57,681 bases of DNA from IMG/VR virus record IMGVR_UViG_3300047094_000686, positions 1 to 57,681 of that record. One strand, written 5' to 3'. The notes below the pieces were generated by a model, which was given only the letters and a program-made list of their open reading frames with translations, searched no databases and had not been told where the DNA came from. Position numbers and translations under genes: made by a program. Of this stretch, positions 34,729 to 45,400 are shown piece after piece. How positions within the stretch are numbered: the first letter of the stretch is position 1; the number at the start of each line of letters is the position of its first letter. This DNA is from a virus (taxonomy: Duplodnaviria > Caudoviricetes).

Positions 34729-35124
34729 ATGTCATTTGAGACATTAAAACTATCTGAAATAAAAAAAATAGCCGAAGACTTTGGCGTAGACATACAAGCA
34801 TTAAAAAGCAAGAACGATATCATTGCATCATTAGCTGAAGAAGGCGTGACATGGTCAATATATCAAAAGACTATTAAAGACATAGACGACAATAAAGAAG
34901 AGATTGAAGTTTTACCAAGATTTGATGCTAAAAAGAGTCAAGACAAAGATTCAGTTTTAGTTAGAATGGAAAGAGCAAATCATAGATACGATGCTATGGG
35001 ATTTACATTTACAAGTACACACCCATTTGTAGCAATGTCTGAAGAACAAGCTCAAGAAATTTTTGATAGGGAGGAAGGTTTTAGATTAGCCACACCAAAG
35101 GAAGTTCAAGACTTCTATAACTAA
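34729..35124 (+). CDS. Head-associated hypothetical protein (N-terminal helical Rho-N/HeH-like motif)
   Basis: LKLSEIKKIAEDFGVD...KNDII; located after the capsid gene. Confidence 0.65.
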   Translation: MSFETLKLSEIKKIAEDFGVDIQALKSKNDIIASLAEEGVTWSIYQKTIKDIDDNKEEIEVLPRFDAKKSQDKDSVLVRMERANHRYDAMGFTFTSTHPFVAMSEEQAQEIFDREEGFRLATPKEVQDFYN

Positions 35125-35139
35125 TCTAAGCCTTTTAAT

Positions 35140-36120
35140 ATGGCAGAGATATTAATTAATTCACAATCACCGATTGTCCATCAGATCTTTTGGAATGGTG
35201 ACATTGCAGATGCTGACGCCTTGCCTGTTGTAAAAATATATGACGTAACGCTAGATGCAACAATTAGTCCTGCCGTACTATCAACAACCGTACTTAACAC
35301 AATAACTTCTACCCTAGACGAAAATAATCCTGGAACATATTATGTTAACGTCCCTTATGCTCTTACAAATAGAAACAAGACATTAAAGGTTAGTTGGGAA
35401 TACTCCGTGGGAGGAGTGGCGGTAGTAAGAACAGATGAGATACAAGTAATAACTCCATACGTAGATTTTAACTATATTCAAGATCTTGGATACAGCACAG
35501 ATTCTTCAGACCCATCATATAAGTCTTACAAGGAATTAATTAGAGCAGAAAGATATGCTCGTAAGCAAATAGAGCAATACACAGGTCAAAAGTTTTATCT
35601 TTATGATGAAACTGTAATGGTATATGGGCATGAGTATGATACCCTTCCTCTACCAGCTAAAATAAATAAGTTACACACTTTGTCCGTAAACGACATATTG
35701 CTTTTAGATAACATCAACAATATTGACAACTGGAACTTTCCAGTTCAAATTTCTGAAAGCGGATATGGAATTAGAATTAATAGAGCAGGAATTGTAGACA
35801 ATACCGTATACACTGCTAATGGAATGGTTCCTCCAAGCATTCACGATTATTCAGGAGTGTTTAACTCTGGAGTTCCCTACAAAGTATTTGCAAGATTTGG
35901 CTGGGAAAAGGTTCCTGAGAACGTAGAATTAGCAACAGCTGAATTGATGAAAGATTATTTTTCTAAAGATACTGTATGGCGCAACAAGTACGTAAAGTCT
36001 ATATCGACATTTGACTGGGACTTTGAGTACAGGGGAGATGCCTACACTGGCACAGGTAATGCCCTAGCAGATAATCTTTTAGCCGAATATGTCTTAACAA
36101 TTAAAGCAGAGATTATATAA
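35140..36120 (+). CDS. Head-tail adaptor/connector
   Basis: AERYAR..IEQYTGQ.F and FGWEKVPENVELAT..L connector-like motifs; synteny. Confidence 0.7.
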   Translation: MAEILINSQSPIVHQIFWNGDIADADALPVVKIYDVTLDATISPAVLSTTVLNTITSTLDENNPGTYYVNVPYALTNRNKTLKVSWEYSVGGVAVVRTDEIQVITPYVDFNYIQDLGYSTDSSDPSYKSYKELIRAERYARKQIEQYTGQKFYLYDETVMVYGHEYDTLPLPAKINKLHTLSVNDILLLDNINNIDNWNFPVQISESGYGIRINRAGIVDNTVYTANGMVPPSIHDYSGVFNSGVPYKVFARFGWEKVPENVELATAELMKDYFSKDTVWRNKYVKSISTFDWDFEYRGDAYTGTGNALADNLLAEYVLTIKAEII

Positions 36121-36548
36121 TGAGTAGCATCGTAGACTCTGTCTTGTCTATGAATTTAGATGTTTATAGACAGTCTGAAATTCAAAATGAAGATACGGGC
36201 GCAATTGTAAAAGAATGGAATTACTATAAAACAATTGCATGTCACGCAAAGGGTGTAATCAGCAACTCTGCAACGACTCGTTCTAGCGACAAACAAATAT
36301 TTTCAAACAAGTATTTAAATGATCAAATCATCCAGGTAAGAACTTCTGAAAAATTAACGGCCAGAGAAAAAGTAACCAACATAAGAGATGTTGAGGGTAA
36401 CACAATCTGGAATGAAATTAATTATCCAAACGAGACCCCAACAGTATTTGAAGTAATGGGAACAACACCAATGACAGATCCATTTGGAAGAGTGATTGCT
36501 TATAACTCATCCCTAAAGAGATCGGAGAATCAGCAAATTGGAATCTAA
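36120..36548 (+). CDS. Head closure / head-tail joining protein
   Basis: Synteny and size. Confidence 0.55.
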   Translation: MSSIVDSVLSMNLDVYRQSEIQNEDTGAIVKEWNYYKTIACHAKGVISNSATTRSSDKQIFSNKYLNDQIIQVRTSEKLTAREKVTNIRDVEGNTIWNEINYPNETPTVFEVMGTTPMTDPFGRVIAYNSSLKRSENQQIGI

Positions 36549-37326
36549 CGCAATGCTTCTCCAGGCTGCTTCTGGTCTTGAGAGATTAATGTATAATAAA
36601 AATCCAAAGGGCGCCATTAATGATAGTAATGTGGCGCAAATATCAGCAGCCTTATATTACCAAGCTAATGTAATAGCCAAACTAAGTAATAGCAAAAAGT
36701 TTAAAAATTCTTTTAAAAAAATAGTATTTACTCAAATAGAAAAAGATTTTGGAAATTATATAGATGCTCAGGCAAGAACAAAGCCTAAATCATTTCACCA
36801 TGTATATGAATGGAAAAAGTCTGGAAATAAGAATGCTAGATTATTTAAGTTAACATCTATAGATTCTGAAGGAATATCGTTTAAAATTGATTTTGAATTC
36901 CTTATGTCTAAGTCATTAGTCCCAGCATCAAATAGTAAACGTAGACATGTATTTGCAGCAAAAGCTTCTATCATGGAAGCTGGCATGCCCCTTAAAATTG
37001 CTCCACGCCATTCTGAGAGGTTAGTATTTGAAGTTGATGGTAATACAGTGTTTATGCCTAAAGGTGCCTCAGTGACCGTTAAAAGGCCAGGAGGAACTAG
37101 TGTAATGAATCAATTTAAATTACAATATTCAAGATTCTTTAGTGGGGAATTGGTAAATAGTTCTATTAAAAAATCTGGATTTAAAGAACTATTTAATTCA
37201 GAGTCACTAAGGGCTCTAAGAATTCCAGCCACAATCAGAACAGTTAAGTACTCATTTTCTCCAAATTTAATTAGATCAATGGCGGACGCAGCATCAGAAA
37301 AAGCATTTGGAGCGTCAATGATATGA
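36538..37326 (+). CDS. Neck / tail completion protein (putative)
   Basis: Synteny; basic 262-aa protein. Confidence 0.5.
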   Translation: MESNAMLLQAASGLERLMYNKNPKGAINDSNVAQISAALYYQANVIAKLSNSKKFKNSFKKIVFTQIEKDFGNYIDAQARTKPKSFHHVYEWKKSGNKNARLFKLTSIDSEGISFKIDFEFLMSKSLVPASNSKRRHVFAAKASIMEAGMPLKIAPRHSERLVFEVDGNTVFMPKGASVTVKRPGGTSVMNQFKLQYSRFFSGELVNSSIKKSGFKELFNSESLRALRIPATIRTVKYSFSPNLIRSMADAASEKAFGASMI

Positions 37327-37835
37327 CAGCCAATTTTAAATTAGACGCTATGCTAGAAATAAGAAAATTCTTATGGGCAGAACTATTAGAGGCAAAGATA
37401 TTTGATGAGGATGATTATTATAGCGATAACGTAGGAAGTGCAATAGTCCCTATTATTCCAGTCCAACAATCTCCAGAAATGAACCAATTCTTGAGTGGAA
37501 AAAAGCATATAATTTATGACAAGATTGGTCTTTCATACGAGGACAACTGGCTAATATGCTGTGAGCAAATTCTCTTTACAGTTTACTCCACAGATGTCTC
37601 AGAAATTAATGAAATAAGAAATTTTATGACCGACCTATTTAGGAGAATGGATGACTCTGCAAAAGATGTAAATAGGTTTGAGTCCCTAAATAACAAGTTT
37701 AAATTCCATAGTATTTTTATAGCCGATATATCCCCTACCGAACCATCCGAAGAGCTAAAAGGCTTCCTGTCAACAGACATTATTTTAGAGGCTAAATATT
37801 CAAGAATAACAGACCAAACTGGTCGATTTCTTTAA
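37323..37835 (+). CDS. Tail terminator (putative)
   Basis: Acidic 170-aa protein immediately before the major tail protein. Confidence 0.55.
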   Translation: MTANFKLDAMLEIRKFLWAELLEAKIFDEDDYYSDNVGSAIVPIIPVQQSPEMNQFLSGKKHIIYDKIGLSYEDNWLICCEQILFTVYSTDVSEINEIRNFMTDLFRRMDDSAKDVNRFESLNNKFKFHSIFIADISPTEPSEELKGFLSTDIILEAKYSRITDQTGRFL

Positions 37836-37946
37836 ATTGCTTTAGACCTCATTATGCCGTATTATAGGACATGAGGAAAGAAGCCTAGCCAGCTTGAACT
37901 TAAGATTTAAATATATATATATTGAAATATAGGAGGAAACAAAACT

Positions 37947-38654
37947 ATGGCACAATCCGTAGGTAATGCAAAAAATATTCTCGTTGGTGCGTCACCACTG
38001 TTTTTATCAACAGTTGACGTAAACGATGCAGATTATATTGCTAACGCAGAAGCAGGTGTAGCGGTAGCTTCAGGTGCAACAACAGTTGGTGTACCAGCTT
38101 TCGCATCAGGAGTTTCATACACAACTTCATTAAATGCAGTAGATCAAGAAGCAGGTAAGTTTGGATATCGTAACGTTGGTTTTACTAACAACGGTCTTCA
38201 AATTACTTACAACCCAACATACGATTCAGTAACCGTTGACCAATTGCTAGATACAGCTAAGCTGTTTAAATCTGCAATGGAGGTTATGATTGCAACAGAA
38301 ATGTCAGAAGGTACTCTAGAAAACATTGTAGCGGTATTCGGACAGAATGCATCATCTTTATCAACATCAGGAACTGGACTAACTAAGAAAGACGTTTTAG
38401 GTCTTGAGGCAGGTTCCCTAGGAGCGGCTCCAACAGAGCGTCAATTAATTGCAGTAGGTCTAGCTCCAACAGCTAGCTCAACCGCATCAGAGCGTGTATA
38501 TTATGCTCGTCGAGTATTGTCTGTACAACAGTCACAATTCTCACTTGCACGTACCACTCCAACCACATTCCCAGTAACATTCCGTCTTCTACCAGATGCT
38601 AACTACTCTGGCTCAGAATACGGTAAGATTATTGACCGTGTGTTAACAGTTTAA
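37947..38654 (+). CDS. Major tail (tube) protein
   Basis: NVGFTNNGLQITYNP...VDQ motif, AGGAGG RBS, downstream terminator, upstream of the chaperone and tape measure genes. Confidence 0.82.
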   Translation: MAQSVGNAKNILVGASPLFLSTVDVNDADYIANAEAGVAVASGATTVGVPAFASGVSYTTSLNAVDQEAGKFGYRNVGFTNNGLQITYNPTYDSVTVDQLLDTAKLFKSAMEVMIATEMSEGTLENIVAVFGQNASSLSTSGTGLTKKDVLGLEAGSLGAAPTERQLIAVGLAPTASSTASERVYYARRVLSVQQSQFSLARTTPTTFPVTFRLLPDANYSGSEYGKIIDRVLTV

Positions 38655-38675
38655 TTTAACTAATTTAAATTATAG

Positions 38676-38703
38676 AGGCCCCCATTAATTTGGGGGCCTT
38701 TCT
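38676..38703 (+). terminator. Intrinsic terminator after the major tail gene
   Basis: AGGCCCCCA-TTAATT-TGGGGGCCT followed by TTCT. Confidence 0.75.
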
Positions 38704-38760
38704 ATTTGTAGTGATAATACCATTATGTTATAATAATTAAGACAATCCTAGGAGGATAAA

Positions 38761-39093
38761 TTGGCTACAACAGTATACGACATAGAAGAAATTGAACTTC
38801 AAAATGGCTCAAAGGTAAAACTAAAACCATTGACTATTAAAGCTTTAAGAAAGTTCATGGCAGAAATTAAAAAAACAGAAACTTCGTCAGGAGAAGACGA
38901 AACACTTACAATTCTAATTACAGCATGCGGAATTGCAATTGAATCTCAGGTACCAGAATTGGTAGCTGATAAAGATAAACTGGAAGATGCACTAGACATG
39001 CCTACCATTAATAGAATTCTAGAAGTATGTGGTGGAATTAAACTTGACGACCCAAACCTTCTAGCGGCAGCGGTTCTGGCTGGTCAGAACTAG
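38761..39093 (+). CDS. Tail assembly chaperone (gpG-like)
   Basis: Between the major tail and tape measure genes; slippery site near the 3' end. Confidence 0.8.
   Translation: MATTVYDIEEIELQNGSKVKLKPLTIKALRKFMAEIKKTETSSGEDETLTILITACGIAIESQVPELVADKDKLEDALDMPTINRILEVCGGIKLDDPNLLAAAVLAGQN
39051..39057 (+). other. Programmed -1 ribosomal frameshift site C CCA AAC
   Basis: X XXY YYZ heptamer in the correct phase; the -1 frame is open from here to 39419. Confidence 0.8.
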
Positions 39094-39419
39094 ATTTAGC
39101 CGCTTTATTAGGAGAAGTTTTTCTTTTAGGTAATTGGAAAAATTACGAAGAATTAGAAGAAAGCCTCTCAATGCCAGAACTGATACAAACATTTAAGGCA
39201 ATGCAAAAAACTGAAGATGAGAAAAGAAAATTCTTAGCATCTCTTCAGGGAGTAAACTTAAATGATGAACAAGAAAAAGAAGGTCCTACATTTGACGACA
39301 TACGAAGAAGGGCTCTTGGAGTAAAAGCAAGCGGTAGTGATGTACTATCATTACAAGGAAGCTTTGCCTCAGAAGCAGGATTCGGAATAAACGCAGGTTT
39401 AGGATACTCTAAGGAGTAA
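39057..39419 (+). CDS. Frameshifted extension of the tail assembly chaperone (gpGT-like)
   Basis: -1 frame reads PSSGSGSGWSELDLAALLGEVFLLGNWKNYEELEESLSMPEL... and joins track ORF 39171-39419. Confidence 0.78.
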   Translation, partial: PSSGSGSGWSELDLAALLGEVFLLGNWKNYEELEESLSMPELIQTFKAMQKTEDEKRKFLASLQGVNLNDEQEKEGPTFDDIRRRALGVKASGSDVLSLQGSFASEAGFGINAGLGYSKE

Positions 39420-39430
39420 AATTATAGTAA

Positions 39431-42400
39431 ATGGCTGAAGAACAGATAGTCACCCGAATAGTCGCCACGTCCGACTTTTCAAATCTTATCGCAGATCTCG
39501 GTAAGGTATCTTCAGCCTTAACTAATCTTCAAACAAAATTAAACGCAACAAATAAGAATTTAGCAGCACAAGTTGCTGTAATGAATCGTTCTTTTGCAGA
39601 CACACTTAGAAGCACTGGACAATTTTCCACACACTTTGTAAATTTAACATCTGATGTAGATAAATTTGGATCTCAATTAGACAAAGGCCAAATCAAATTA
39701 AAACAATTTTTTCAAGTATATCAAGGACATTTAAAAACTAATGGCGGATTAATTAGACAATTAGCTCAACAACAAGTTCAGCTACAAAATGCAATTCTTC
39801 AACCTCTTGGCAAAAATGCCGAAGGTTTGATGCAGTACAATGTTCACATTCCAACTGGCCTTGATAAGGTAAAAAGCAAAACAGCTTTAGCAAGACAAGA
39901 ACTACAAATTATGAATCGTGTAGTTCAAGAAGGAGCAAACTCATTAATTAATTGGGGTAAGAATACCCAGTGGGCTGGTCGTCAATTAACCGTAGGATTA
40001 ACTGTTCCATTAGCAGCATTTGGAGCTGCATCTGCAAAAGCATTTCGAGAAGCCGATCAAGAGTTAACTCGTTTAACAAAGGTTTATGGTGGTTTAGCTG
40101 CTACATCAGCAAGTGATTTAGGCAAAATAAGAAAACAAGTTACTGAAACCGCATCTGAATTATCTAAAGCATACGGTTCTTCATTTAAAGAAACAATTGC
40201 ATTAGGTGCTGACATTGCTGCAACTGGAAAGCAAGGTAACGAATTATTAGGCTCAATTAAAGAAACAACTCGTCTAGCAGTTCTTGGTGAAGTAGATAGA
40301 CAAGATGCAATGAAGGCAACATTAGCAATTCAATCTGCATTCAAACAAAATACTGATGAACTAGCAGAATCAATTAACTTTTTAAACGCAGTTGAAAACC
40401 AGACATCAACAACTCTTAATGACTTAGTAGAAGCAATTCCTAAAGCTGGTCCAATTATTAAAGGTCTTGGAGGTAGCGTAGAAGATTTAGCATTGTATTT
40501 AACTGCAATGAGAGAAGGCGGAATCAATGCATCAGAAGGCGCTAACGCTTTAAAGTCAGGACTTGCATCTTTAATTAATCCAACTAAAGTAGCAAAAGAA
40601 ATGTTTGCTGGATTTGGAATATCATTAACTGACATTGTTCAAAAAAATGCTGGAAACACAACAAATACATTATTGGCATTACAATCAGCATTAGACAACT
40701 TAGATCCATTACAAAAACAACAGGCATTAGAACAATTATTTGGTAAATTCCAATTTGCTCGTATGAATGCTTTATTTGAAAACCTTGGAAAGCAAGGAAG
40801 CCAAACCTTACAAGTAATGGATTTAATGAAAGCAAGTTCTCAAGATTTAGCAAACATTGCTGGTCGAGAATTAAGTATGGTTACAGAATCCGCTTCTGGT
40901 AAGTACAGGAGAGCTCTTGAAGGATTAAAGGCAGATCTAGCTGTAGTTGGCGAACAGTTTTTAACAATAAATACACATCTAATAAATATTGTTAGTGGAA
41001 TATTAAAATTTATAGATAAATTACCTGGACCAATAAAAACAATTCTAGCTTTCTTTGGAGGACTTACTGCGGTAGCTGGACCACTTATTATGCTTACTGG
41101 TGTTCTTGCAAACTTCTTTGGTTATGTAATTAAAGGTGCATCTCATTTTAGAGCTATGTTTAAAGGTGGAGAAGGCTGGAGACTCTTAACACCAGAAATA
41201 CTTGCAGCAAATAAAGCAGGGTCACTTGCAGAACAAACATTTTATAGTGATGCTAAAGCAGCAGATATATTAAATCAAGCAATATCTAGACTGTCTGCTT
41301 CATATAATAAATTAGCAGCAGATGCATCAAATGCAATAATTCAAACAAACCCAGGAGTATCTACTATGGGTGGAACAAATATTATTGCTGGACAAAGAGT
41401 AGTAAATCCTAATCACCCGCTTGTGGGAGAGGTAGGCACAAGAGCTGCTTCACACCATAATCCAAGAGCATTAATGAGTAAAGGACAAAGAGATGCTCAA
41501 ACAATTCACTCTGTTACCCCAGGATCAATTGATGTAAATCAAAAAATAGGAACTGTTCCTCAAATATTTATGGCAGGGGATCTGCCAAAAATTGAAGGAT
41601 TAACATCTTCAAGAGGGGCTTCTACGGGAATAGTTGCTGGAGAAGCAGCAAAGTGGCATTCTCTAATGGGTACATTGTCTATGATGACAAAAAGAGAAGT
41701 TGCAGATTTAAAGAAAGAAATTGCTAGAACAGGAACATTTAGCACAGAAATAAATACTACATTCGGACAGCTTCTTCCAGCAATGACAAAAATAACAACC
41801 AATGCAGCATCACAATCTGCATTAATTGTTCAACAACTACAAGCAGGAAAAATTACGTTAGATACTGCTCGTGCAAAAATTATTGCAATAAATTCACAGC
41901 TAGAAGCAATGATGGCGCAAACAACTGCTCAAGTTGCTGCAGATCTTGGAAGAACCGCTAATTTAACACAAGTTCCTTTAATTAATCAGCCAATAGTTGG
42001 ACCTACAGGTAAAGCAAACATTAAAGAAATTTTTAGACCAAATAGGCCAGCATCAAAAATCATAGATAAAATTGCAAGATCTCTTGGGGTAAGGACATAC
42101 GGGGCAGGATATTCAACAGAAACAACAATGCCAAAGAAATTTGCAACAGGCGGAATGGTTGTTCCTGGGCCAAGATCAGACACAACAGATACTCAATTTA
42201 TGAATTTGGTAGAGGGAGATATTGTATTAAATAGAAAAGCATCAGATAATTTAATGGGTTACAATCAAGGTGGAAAAGTAGTACCAGCAATGGTAACTCC
42301 TGGAGAAATTATAATTAATAATCCGACACCATCAGAATCTGAAATGCTATTAGCCTATAACAATCAATTTGCAGTTGGCGGCAGGGTTGTAGCTTCAAAA

Positions 42401-45400
42401 AATAATTATGGAATTCCCTCTCTTGTTGCAAAATACGCAGCAGCCTCCAAAATTTTCTCAGGATTTAGATCTCCAGGTAAAGAGTACTATAGAGCAAGTA
42501 GAGGGGTTATGGATAGAACTGGCTCTACTACTCAATCATTTTCAGAACCTGGATCTTTAATGAGATTTAATGATTACAGATTAACTAGAGGTAGTGTTTA
42601 TAAAAATGAAAGTAATAAAAATTATGGAATAACCCCCACACTTCCTGGACAAACTTTAACTCACGCCTATAGTCCTTCTTTTATAAAAAGACTTAAAAAA
42701 ATGGGCTACGGTCCAGACGATAATATTCCAGTAGATGTTTTAAAATCAATAGGCGTACCAGTACCATCTGGAGCAAAGTACGTAACTCTAAAAGCTTTAT
42801 CTAGTACATGGGTTAAAACTTCAAAAAGATTTAATGAAGCTATAAAAAGTAATTTACCAGAAACAAATACAAATGGAACTGGCTGGAGAGACAACTGGGA
42901 ACCTGTTGGCCCTGAAAGCATGCAAAGTTTACTTATAAAATTAAAATCAATGGGAGTAATGCCAATTGAAGCAAAAAGAATATCTGAATACGCAGGGACT
43001 AGACTAAACGGTTTTGTTTCAAAACATAAGGGCCCCATGACAGAATCTGATTGGGGAAGATACGTAAATGCTGCTGAAATTGGTGGCATAAATGATAGCA
43101 GTAAAAGAAGTCATGGCGGTTCATTTATTAGAGGCATAAGATCAACACAACAAAATAGATATAACAAAGAAGACTCCGATCTATTATCAGCTATGAACAT
43201 GGGCGGAAAAGTTAGAGGATATAATCGTGGTGGAGTTGTTGGTGGACGAGTAAAGCGTGGAAAAAATAATTATGGAATACCGTCTGTTATGGGTAATCTT
43301 GGAACAACAGCTGCTTATATAGGTGGCAGTACTGCTGGTGCAGCATTAGGTCAAAAAGCTGGCGGAAACTTAGGGTCTTTAGCTGGAATGATACTTGTCC
43401 CAACCATACTGCAATCTATTATGCAAAAGCTTGGCCAGGTATCTGCACAAGGAACATCAACTGCTGGAATACTTGGAAGGCTTGGACCTTTATTAGCAAA
43501 TCCATATGTAGCAGCTGGTGCCGCAATAGTAGGAGTAACAGCAGCTTTAATTAAATTTAAAAAGAATCAAGAAGAATCTGCTAAGTTAAATAGACTAGCA
43601 TTTTCTGGTGGTGTAAAACCAATTAAAGATTTTGACTCACAATTAAAGCAAGTTACAAAAACAATAGAAGATACCAGAGCAACCGCAGCGTTATTGCATG
43701 CACAAATGAATACTGCTGGACTATCTGGTTTAACATTAACTATAAAACAATTTGCTGACTTAAGAGAAAAAGTAAAGTCTACGTATCCAGAATTAGTTAA
43801 ATTGTTTAAAGAGACACCATCGGATAAATTAATCACAGTTGCACAAGGATTAAAAGCTCAATTTGTTGCTGCTGGAGAGTCAGCAGCACAAGCTAATGCA
43901 AAGATAGCTGCATTACTTGCAGAATCTGGAAAGTCTGGTTTTATTCAAATAGTACTAGGAGATAAAGGGCTAGCTGGCATTACAAGTGCAAAAACTGCAA
44001 TTGAATCTATGCTTGTTGCTATGTCTAAATTTACAGACAGCAAAGATAGGGCTGCTGGACTACTTCAAATATTTTCATCAATGGGAGACTACATAGAAAA
44101 TGCCACAGATAAATCTTTAGCGTTAAAAGAACAATATAATGCAATAGAAAAATCTGGACAAGGTAATGTAAAATTAACTCAAGATCTAATAGTTGAAATA
44201 TCAAAAACTTCCCCAGGATTAGCTGAAATATTAAGCACATCAGATGATGTTGAAACGGCTTTGTCAAAATGGAGAATTGTTCTTGGCGGAGTTCAAAAAG
44301 ATTTAAGCGGATTAGATAAAGGACAATTAAAAAAACTTGCTTTTGCAGTAGAAGAAGTAACCAATAACTACAATAAATTATTAGATGTTACAAGCAAAAA
44401 AGCTCAAGAAAATTCCTTAACTGGAAAAATGGCCAAAGACATTGACGCCTTTAATAAAAAACAAGCAACTGCAAGCAAAACAGCAATTCAAAATCTTGAA
44501 ACTCAAATTAGCTTAAAGAATAAACAAATTGAACAAATTAAAAAAGAAGGCGATGAAAGAAAGAAAGCTTTAAGAGATCAGCAACAGTCTGAAGATATTA
44601 AGCTTCAAATACAGCAAGAGCAATTAAATTATCAAACAGCTCTTGCTAAAGGTGATATGGTTGGTGCCGCACAAGCACAAATTAGTATTCAAAGACTTGT
44701 TGGAGCACAACAATTAAAGGTAGCAGAAGATGCAATAGACAAGGCAGTACAATCTAAGATTGATGCTTTACAGGCACAAATAGATGTTTTAAATAAAAAA
44801 TCTACAGCAGTAAGCAACGCAGCTTCAACAGCAAAGCCAAAAGAATCCCCACTTACAGGAATTTATCAACAAATTCAAGGTGTCTACAAAGACAGGGCTT
44901 TAGAAAACATAACAGAAGAAGAAGCACTTACTCAATTAAATGATTTAATTAAAAAATTAGAAAGAACACCAGGAGGAAATAAATACTTAAAAGATTTAGG
45001 AGTAACAGAATCTGTTCAAAATATAACTCGTGACGACGGTCAAACTATTGTTGGAAAAATAAACACAGATTCTGTACAAGGAAATGCTTTATTAAATTCT
45101 TTAAAGAAAGGGTCAGATGTTATAGCTGGCAAACAGCTTGTGGTATTGCAACAAATACTTGCAGTATTAAAAAATGAACCAGGTAAAACTTATACACCAA
45201 CACAAAATCAGACTCAAAATGCTGGTGCAACAACTGCAGCTGGCGGAACCTACGCAGTAGGTACAATTAAAAATTATACAGATTCAGCTAGCAGTATTAA
45301 ATCTGCAGCATTAAAAGCATTTTCTGATAGTAGCACTGGACGTGCAACAGTTGGAAATAGAACATATAGATTATTTAAATGGAATGATAGAGCTTATGGA

